Below are positions 54,763 to 64,000 of a DNA stretch of 64,000 nucleotides, one piece after another. The DNA lies in the NCBI GenBank assembly GCA_951406725.2, contig OX597818.1, forward strand, positions 84,630,001-84,694,000. Reading direction: 5' to 3'. The stretch is from Octopus vulgaris (taxonomy: Eukaryota). The stretch's first letter is position 1. Each line of letters opens with the position of its first letter. A program made the position numbers and the translations under genes. The notes under the pieces were generated by a model. The model was given only the letters and a program-made list of their open reading frames with translations. It made no database searches and was not told the origin of the DNA.

Positions 54763-55628
54763 ACACACAGAGAAAGAAACGCACGCATATTCACGCATAT
54801 TCACGCATATTCACGCACATAGTGACACACACACATGCACGTACGTACAAGCCACACAGCAATATAGCAGTTCCGCAATGATTGCTCAAGTGTGTACGCT
54901 CGGTGTTCATCAAGCTGGAACTAGGAAGCAGGGAATACCGTCCTCTCTCACTAGAGCGGTGTTCATTGATGCCCGTGATCTAGTTATTTCTTTTACACTA
55001 ATACTCTAGAATACTATATAGTAGGAGGATAACTTAGTCTAGAGAATGCCTGCTCTCACTCTTACACACACATACACACACACACACACATGCGCACAAA
55101 TGTTTATACACATATGCACACACACACACACACACATACACACAGATATATACATAACTACGCACGCATGTATACGTACACATCTAGGTACAAAGACATA
55201 CAGACAGATGAGTGCGTGTAATATATGAGTGTGAGTGTGTGTGTATGTGTGTGTGTGTGTGAAGAAAGAAGAGATGCAACAGTGTAAAGAGAATCGAGGA
55301 CTGTGCACTGGGCATTAGAAATTTACGTGTGTGTGTGTGTATATATATATATATGTGTGTGTGTGTATATATATGTGTGTGTGTGTGTATATATATATGT
55401 GTGTGTATGTATGTATATATATGTGTGTGTGTGTATATATGTATATATATATATCTGTATATATATATATATATATATGTATGTATATATATACATATAT
55501 ACATATAAATATATATACATAGATATAGATATATAAATATGTGTATGTGTACTTATATATGTATATATCTATATACATGTATATATAAAAGTATATATAT
55601 ATATGTATATATGTATATATAATATATG

Positions 55629-55677
<49 letters not shown>

Positions 55678-55687
55678 AAAAAGGATG

Positions 55688-55755
<68 letters not shown>

Positions 55756-55770
55756 TATAGAGAGATAGAG

Positions 55771-55845
<75 letters not shown>
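53020..55845. repeat. (TA)n/(CA)n/(TAGA)n low-complexity field with short unique islands
   Basis: Seen directly. Confidence 0.85.
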
Positions 55846-56754
55846 ACTATTGCACGTAGGTGGGTGTGAGGTGTATTTGATCGACTGTGTTTATACGTAG
55901 GAGTGTGTAAGCATGAATGTTATGTGGGTGTGGTGAGTGGGTGTGTATGTGTGTTTGTGCGCAGTAGGTAAAGTGTCTTTGTGCCATGAAACTGAGGTCA
56001 CTACAGGGGAGATGATACATAAAGACATCAATCACATATGTCTATTAGTATGTCGGTCTGTATGTTTGTATGCATGCATGCCTCTCTCTCTCTCTCTCTC
56101 TCCTTTTTTCTCTCTATCTACCTCTCTATCTAGGATGTTCTGCATCACACATCTCTTTCGTATCTAGCTTTTTATCACTCACTTTTGTGCGTGTATATAT
56201 GTGTATGTGTGTATATATATGTATGTATGAATATATATATGCTTGTATGTATTTATGTATATATATATGTGTGTATGTATATCTATACATGTATATATAA
56301 ATATATAATCATGTATATAGTGTGTCGTTATTGCCCTTGTTATTGTAGTTGTTATGGTATATGTATGTACGCATGACAGAGACTGTGTGGCTTATATATA
56401 TGCATATATACCTGTGTGTGTGTGGATGTGTGTGTCTATGCGTGTATGTATGTGTGCGTGCGTGTTTGTGTTTACGTGTGCTAGTTCAGTTAATGTGTTG
56501 AAGGTAAGTTCGCAGTAAATGTGATTTATTTGTAAGATCGATAATATCAGTCCATTCGCGAGGTTTTGTCTCCATGCATGTACCTTTTTGTCAGCCATTC
56601 CGTCTACCTGTCTGTATGTATCTAAGTCGATATCTCTAAGGCTTTCTGTGGCTTCAATCTAGTTTTTGTCTCTCCAACTTGTCTACATATATTTTATTTT
56701 TTATTTTATTTTATCTAGTTTCAGCTCACGAGCTGTGGTCATGCTGGAGCACCG

Positions 56755-57089
56755 CCATTTTGTGTTGCTACATGATTTTACTTCACGAATGCTTTTTAGC
56801 AATTGCCATTTGGTGCATGAGAGAGTTCGATGCAGCTGCCTTCATCTGCACCTCTTGCCGTGAAGTTGGTTCATCTAGGACACCTGACAGGAAGAGATCC
56901 AGTTTTATTTTAAAGACATCTGCATCCACCCCATGCAGGTCTCTCAGGTTCTTCGGGAGGATATTGAAGAGCTGTGGGCCTCTGAAGCCCAGGCTATCAC
57001 AGTATCTTGTCCTACATCTTGATGGCAAATTTGGAGTCCTTGGCACTATGCAGTGGCGCCCAGTTCTAGCATTTGTGTAACTCTCGATG

Positions 57090-57093
<4 letters not shown>
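56755..57093 (-). mobile_element. CR1/L2-like LINE 3' end
   Basis: 'SLGFRGPQLFNILPKNLRDLHG...FKIKLDLFLSGVLDEP...AASNSL'; homologous to 11950-12240. Confidence 0.8.
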
Positions 57094-57153
<60 letters not shown>

Positions 57154-57302
57154 GCGTATAGACAAAGAACTTTCGTCAATTGGGGTGCTCACCTCTAAAA
57201 CACTGTATTCACCTCTAAGTAGGGAACGTGATCTTTTTCTTTTTTTCTTTTTCTACCTATTAGAGTAACTTCCCTTTTATTCAACGGTTTTTCATAGCGT
57301 CT

Positions 57303-57359
57303 GTTGCCATTAATAGCCCACAAGAATGCATTCGAAACTCCGAGTACTATAATGGTAAC
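57303..57359 (+). ncRNA. Degenerate hammerhead motif with long stem I
   Basis: GTTGCCATTAATAG CCCACAA GAAT-GC-ATTC GAAA CTC-C-GAG TA CTATAATGGTAAC. Confidence 0.5.
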
Positions 57360-57399
57360 TTTTCACTGTTTGTTCTAAATGATAACACACACCAACATA

Positions 57400-57445
<46 letters not shown>

Positions 57446-57842
57446 CGTATGTGTGTGTTGTGTGTATGTGCATAATATGTCAGTGTGTGTGTGAATGTCT
57501 GTGTGTGTGTGTGTGTGTTTAACAGAAAAGTGTTGAAAGAAATAACTCCAAGTGGTTAGCAGCATGTATTTAAACAGCGAAGACGTATAAGAACATTTTA
57601 AATAACATACAGGAAAAGTACTTGATTTATTGAGATTATCGTTGACTCCACAGAGGCTTGACCATTTCCTTCGAGGCTTTTGGTACCAAAGGAGAAATAG
57701 GATGCAGAAATAATTTCAAAAATCAAAACTTATCCAATACTTATATGTAATTTACGAAAAGTTTTTTCTCTAGTCTAAACAGAAGTAAAATAACCTCTGT
57801 CTCGGCAAACTTCATCAGAATAATAATCGCCCAACCTTATCT

Positions 57843-58150
57843 TCAGTGGTTAGAGCGTCATAGTCATGAGGTAGTGAGTTTGATTCCAGGACCGGGCTGT
57901 GTGTTGTATTCTTGAGCAAGACCCTTTATTTCACATTCCCCTCGTTCAACCAGTTGTAGGAATGAGTTGCAACGTCACAGATGCCAAGCTGTATTGGCCT
58001 TGGATAATATCGATGGCGTACAGAGCGGAGTCTGGTTTGCATTGGTGACTGCTGGTCTTCCATGAAACAACCTTGCCCGGACTTGTGCCTCGGAGGGTAA
58101 TTTTCTAAGTGCAGTCCTATGGTCATTCATGACCGAAGTGGGTCTTTACC
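57843..58150 (+). mobile_element. tRNA-derived SINE
   Basis: CAGTGGTTAGAGCG...GAGTTTGATTCC head; reverse complement of the 13750-14100 family. Confidence 0.75.
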
Positions 58151-59098
58151 TGTCTTTCACTATCTTCAGCAAATTAGATAATATGTGTGTTTGTTCAGCG
58201 TGTGACTTTAATGGATACCTGGCTCAGGAGTTCCACGATTTTGAGGACTGGAGGACCACCTCTTAGTCACTATTGTTACTAGGTCTATTTTGGCTCGCGG
58301 GAGTAGATCCTGTCAAGGTACCAGCTATGAGTTAATTAGCTTGGATAACATCCAAGTAGGCTTGCCTACTTGTGCATGGGAAGAACCAGCGGTTTCTGCA
58401 GAAGAAACCTTCATGGTTCAATGGAGAGGAAGGCGGCCGTAGCAAAGCATCGTGACATGCGGAAGGCAATATGAGGCAAGATGTGATCTCTCCCTTTCTT
58501 TCTCTCTCTCTCTCCATGTCTCTCTCTCTCTCTCTCTCCCCACTCAATATGACAGATGAACCAGACCCCCAACGAAAGTACTGAAAATTTGCTTTTTCTC
58601 CCGTTATTCTGGTTACCAGTAAATATTTTGTTTGTTTTTCTCACTGTTATCTAGTGTTAAACAAAGGAATTTAAAAAGCAAAGCGCTTTACATTTAACCA
58701 TATAAAGAAGTAATATATAAACTAAAAACAAATCCACGGTAAATAACTGCAATGCTACGAAGACGAACTGAATGACAGCGCAAATCTCCACCCCGGTCAG
58801 TTGAATATGATAGTTGTTTTTCTACACAGTCCCTTTTCGCCGCAGTATACACAAAAATGTATGCACTTATGAAAACCTCGAAGTAACATGTAATTTTTTT
58901 GCCCTCTCTCCCTTGGTTTCTTGGCGTAGAGGTTTCTTGCTATAAGAGGAAGAACCTCACTTTGCACTCACATTGTTTCATGTTCAGTCCCAGTGCACGG
59001 TACCTTGGTCGAATATCTTCTACTGTAGCACTATAACCCTTGGCCGACCAATGCCTTATGAGTGAATGTTGCTGACAGTAACTGTACAGAAGGCACAT

Positions 59099-59150
<52 letters not shown>

Positions 59151-60155
59151 GCTTTTGTGTTTGTGTTTGCCCCTTAACTGCTCGACAACCGGCCTTGATT
59201 TGTCTACGTCCTCATAAATTAGTGGATCGACAAAACATAACTGATAAAATAATGTACCACATATAAATCTTGGGGTCATTTTATTCGGCTAAACATTTTA
59301 AGACGATATATGAAAATGGCTGCAGTCCAGTGACTGAAACATGTAAAAGAAAACGTATCACATTTATGTATCAATCTTAATGAAACATCTGTTGACTAGA
59401 GTTTAAGTATGAAGTATGCGTAGATTTCTTGCTCTTTACATTTGATATAGTTGTGCGGTCTAATCTGTGAGATGTTATTAAATCTATTATTTCACGTTTA
59501 TTACTTTAGATGCATTAATCCTTTAACTGTAAAATTTAATTTCATGGTTATTCCAGTAATGATGTTAAATGCCTATCAGAAACAAGAATAGGTATTTTCT
59601 GCAAGCATCCTGAATAAACTTGGCATCTCAAGTAGAAATACTTTCAAAATTGGCATTCCACAACAAAAGATAGAAGGGTATTCAAAACTGCTTTCCGCAG
59701 TAAGTTAATGGAATTCTAAGTGGATATATTTAATTTCCGCATTAAAAGGGTTAATATATTGTCAGTTAGACAACGGGAAGTTCGATCGAAGACTATTGTT
59801 AGCCTGTTGGTTTGTGCATTCTGGGTCCATTGGTTCTTCCCACATTCTACAACCATTCCTCACGTATATGATATTTCTTCTCATGCCTTTCCTACGACTA
59901 CCGCAAAGGCTTCTCGTCTTCTAAGCTCGCAAGCGGCACACGCTCTTCTCTCATAGCCACTCTTGCAAGCTGTCTTATCTTCCCTATCATTATTACAAAG
60001 TCTCCTTATCCGAACACTTTGACTAAGTATCTCAGCCAATTCTTTCAAATGAATGTTTTTTATGCTTTGTTTTGTTTGTTTATTTTTTGTTATTTTTCCA
60101 AAACAGACTGACCTACATATGTACACATACCCGCGCGTGCACGCACACGCATATA

Positions 60156-61418
60156 CAGAGGTTGGACAAAATGATTGGAACACGTGTTAAATTCAATGAA
60201 ATTTTATTTAATATGGAGTTGGTCCTCCTTTAGCTTTCTGAACAACTTCGATGCGTCTAGGAATTGATGCATACACCTTCCTGATTTCATTGAGAGGAAT
60301 TTCAAGCCATTCTTCCGGCAAAACTTGCTCCAGCTGTTGCTGACACGACGGTGGAGGATAACGACTTCTAACTTATCGCTCCAAGATGCACCACAGATGC
60401 TCAATGATATTAAGATCTGGAGATTGAGGAGGCCACTCTACGTGTTGTAGTTCACTACTATGTTCTTCATACTAATTCTTAACCCCATGAGAGGTGTTTA
60501 ATGGAGCATTGGCATCTTGGAAGCTGCACTCGCCATCAGGGAATAATGTTTGGACCATTGGAATGACTTGATTCTCTACTCTAAAATATTCAGGTCATCA
60601 TTGCTGTTGATCCTACTATGCAGGACAACGTTTGGACCAAGAGAATTCCAAGAAATGGCTGCCCAAACTATCACAGACTCTCACCATGCTTCTCTGTAGG
60701 AAGAAGGTAGTCAGAATTAAAAGCTTCTCCAAGCTGCCTCCACACATAAACTCGCCCTGCAGTGGGGAAAAGAGAAAAACTGGACTCGTCGAAGAATACT
60801 ACCTACTTCCACTGGTTTATCGACCAGCCCTTGTAATCTCTACTCCAGTCCAGCCTTTTCTGAATGTTTTGATGAGAAAGCAGAGGTTTCTTGATGGCGG
60901 CTCTTCCATGACATACGGCTTTACTGAACTCACAGCTAACAATTTTGGTCGAAACTAGGCTAGTCAGATGTTGATTCAACCCTTAGTCACTTTAGAGGCA
61001 GTTGTCCGGTGATTTTTCATCACAATGCGATTCAACACTTGTCGGTCTCTTTCAGTGAGCTTCGAAGTCCTGCCAGACTTACTCCTCCTGCTGGAGGCTT
61101 TGCCCTGCTTCTCAGATTCAGCCATGGTCCTTCATATGGTAGCTCTCGAAAATCTAAGTAGTTCAACTGTTCTGGTGACGGAAGTGCCTGCCATTCGAGC
61201 TCCAACAATTTACTCTTTTACGAAACCAATGAGGTCACGTATCTTGGCTTAATTTATACTACGATCTGAAAAAGAGATGGAAATAATCATTCAGTTAGAT
61301 AAATAAAACCATCTACAATACAAAAAAAAGATGAAATTTCGATGGATATTCGTACTGTAATGTCGTTGAAATATTGGAGTTAAATTTCGACTGTTCCAAT
61401 TATTTTGTCCATTCCCTG
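60156..61418 (-). mobile_element. Tc1-like transposon with TIRs, TA TSD and pseudogenised transposase
   Basis: TIRs CAGAGGTTGGACAAAATGATTGGAACA vs rc CAGGGAATGGACAAAATAATTGGAACA; minus strand 'FQDANAP' and '[15 protein letters not shown]'. Confidence 0.9.
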
Positions 61419-62189
61419 TATATGTATATGTATGTATTATGTATGTATATGTATGTATATATATGAATATATATATATATATATGTATGTATATGTATTT
61501 AAGTATGCATATGAAACACGGAGTAGACGAAACAGGGAAATCAACCGGATTAGCCTCAATATCCCGCAAACTTTCAAATCTGACTCTTCTCATTCTCCTC
61601 TGTTGCGGCAAAGTACATTCCTGATTTTGCATTTTTTTTTCTTCTGTAAGTTAGTTGTACAGGTTTTGCATTTGTTATCATTTCAAGGTGGTTTCTTAAC
61701 TGGGTATAATTTACACAGTTGTAACTTTCATATACATGGATGCTGCTCATGTTTGTAAAAATAGCTATAAATTGTTCTTAATGAGAAAATGTTCTTAAAG
61801 ATGGCTTATTCGGTTTCATGAACACAATATTGTATATCTAACGAAAAGTAATCTTTCACGTGATATAGGAAATTGATATCTTCTAATACATTCATAGATG
61901 CCTGGTGTGTAATTCACAGTGCTACACATATATGTTCAATATTAACAATACATTTAGTAATTGAATTGTGTAAATGACATATGTCTAATTCAAACATATT
62001 AAATAAGAATACAGGATTAAATAAATGCAAAAACTGGTATATTTCATTTGTAGCTATTAGTGAACATGATAATATACTATCGTTTTAGTCATGATTGTCT
62101 TTAATTCTTAAGATAATTTGAAAAATGAGTTGAAAATGAAATGACGAGAAGTAAAGCAATCATGGAAATAGAATCGTTGTGGTAGAATT

Positions 62190-63090
62190 GTTTCTAATTT
62201 TGGCACTAAGCTAGCAATTCTGAGGGGAGGATTAAGTCGATTACATTATTCCCAGTATTAAATTCATACATATTTTATCGACAAAATGAAAAGCAAAGTC
62301 GATCTCAGTAACTTTTGCGCACAGAACGCAAAGAACCTGTAGGAATGCAGCCATACAATTTTCCCTGTGCCATCACAATTCTGCTAGCTCGCCTTTAGTC
62401 ATTCTAATAAAATGCTTTCTACTATAGGCATATGGCCTTATATCATGATACTTATTTCATCAATCGCAAAGGGATGAAAGGCAAAATCCACCTCGGTATA
62501 TTTCAACTCAGAACCTAGAGAGCCGGAATAAATGCCGTTTAGAATTTTGTCTGGTGCGCTAACGATTCTGTTTGCTCACCTTTTTATAAGCCTGATAAAA
62601 CTCAATGTACTAGAAGTACAAGGGCTCAAATTTAGGGGTGTTTGACCTAGTCGATCAAATCGATCCCAGTGCTTAATTGGTACTTATTCATTTTAACGAC
62701 GTCCGAAGGATGAGAGACAAAGTCGTCCTCGGTGGTACTTGAATTCGCGACATAAAAGACAGGAAGAAAACCACCGTTTTGTCCGGTGCGGTAACGATTC
62801 TGTCAGTCACCGCATTTCGTTTTTTACATAATGATAAAAATGAAACCCTGGTTTCTCTTCCCCTAAGCGAAGAAGAAATTGGAGAGTAGGAGAAAAGGAA
62901 GGAAGGAAGGAAGAAGAAGAAGAAGAAGAAGAAGAAGAAGAAGAAGAAGAAGAAGAAGAAGAAGAAGAAGAAGAAGAAGAAGAAGAAGAAGAAGAAGAAG
63001 AAGAAGAAGAAGAAGAAGAAGAAGAAGAAGAAGAAGAAGAAGAAGAAGAAGAAGAAGAAGAAGAAGAAGAAGAAGAAGAAGAAGAAGAAG

Positions 63091-63121
<31 letters not shown>

Positions 63122-63320
63122 CGGTGGTTGAAAATTGTAATGCTGATGTATCAAGTTGCATCGAATCCAGTACTTGATTGGTACATTATTTTATCAACCT
63201 CGAAAGGATGAAAGGCAAAGTCGACTTCCATAACATTTGAACTTAAACGACAAAGAGCGGAAAGAAATGCCGCTAAGCATTTTGTCTGGAGCGGTAACGA
63301 TTCCGCTAGCTCGCTGTTTA
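62190..63320 (-). mobile_element. Four same-orientation decayed SINE copies with (AAG)n at 62910-63120
   Basis: Repeated AAAGGCAAAGTCGAC...GAAC...AACGATTC units. Confidence 0.7.
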
Positions 63321-63554
63321 TCATTCATCATTCCGATAAAATAAATACAATGTTATTAGCGGTTCGAACATACTTCGGGCATAATCGAACCAGCAAAAAA
63401 TACCATTTACTTCGATTTGTCGTGGAGAAAATTTCTCGCCGTAGACAAATGGTGTAAATACATCTAGAATCAGCTTGCAACGCCATCCACCGAGACTGTG
63501 GGATGCAAGCATTTCGCACTGGTTATCTCCTCTTCAGTCTGATATTATAATATA

Positions 63555-64000
63555 CTAGCAGTATCGCCCGGCGTTGCTCGGGTTTGTAAGGGAAATAACT
63601 ATATAAGCATTTTTAGAGAGTTACTTCCTTTATAGATGCCAATTCGGGCTTTCTTAGCCATTTCTGTTTTGGTGTCTTCAAGCCATGAAGTCGTTGTTCT
63701 AAAAGAACGCTGGTCTCCTTGACAACGCATTACGACGTTGATTTCCTTAAACTCCCTTCCCCACAGCTTCACGAGGGAGGGAAGAAGGGGGAGAAGCAAA
63801 CACAGGTGCAGGTGTTTGAGCGTGGACGCCAACTCCGCCGCCATCGACACACGAAATATTATGCATTAAAATGGAATAAAAAATGATGTTAAATTATTTT
63901 TAAAATCGTAGACTCATCGTAGACGCGCGCTAATAGCCAGACGGGCTCGATATTAATCACGACTATAAGATACCCGAATTTGGTTAAACTGCACCGCAAA
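63555..64000 (-). mobile_element. Non-autonomous Helitron, second copy (cut by window end)
   Basis: Near-identical to 47720-48160, with the same A|CTAG boundary and different flanks. Confidence 0.85.

Noticed and set aside
58339-58372. Two overlapping short hairpins (CTTGGAT-AAC-ATCCAAG; CAAGTAGGC-TT-GCCTACTTG)
   Set aside because: Too short and single-copy here; cannot be distinguished from chance.

Overview
AT-rich, repeat-saturated eukaryotic DNA with no recognisable host exon. The microsatellite load and SINE families suggest an octopus or other coleoid cephalopod genome (inference). The only long intact coding region is a young, 5'-truncated Penelope-like retroelement (RT plus GIY-YIG, 23758-25191). 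It is preceded by a near-identical ~1.36-kb inverted copy of its own 3' half. The rest is decayed R4-like, CR1/L2-like, RTE-like and Tx1/L1-like LINEs, Tc1/mariner remnants and MITEs, two copies of a non-autonomous Helitron, many tRNA-derived SINEs and microsatellites. The most interesting signal is non-coding. About a dozen type I hammerhead-ribozyme (HHR) motifs from roughly seven sequence families can be folded by hand. They include a fully canonical HHR in a direct-repeat-flanked, ORF-less ~580-bp element (10456-11035) and a ~150-bp HHR mini-element that occurs as inverted pairs at three loci. There is also a U3-A8 covariant motif at the Penelope 3' end and an HHR-like tail on a tRNA-headed SINE. 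Together these suggest a Penelope-driven set of ribozyme-bearing non-autonomous (retrozyme-like) elements. All folds and coordinates were read by eye and nothing was searched or tested.
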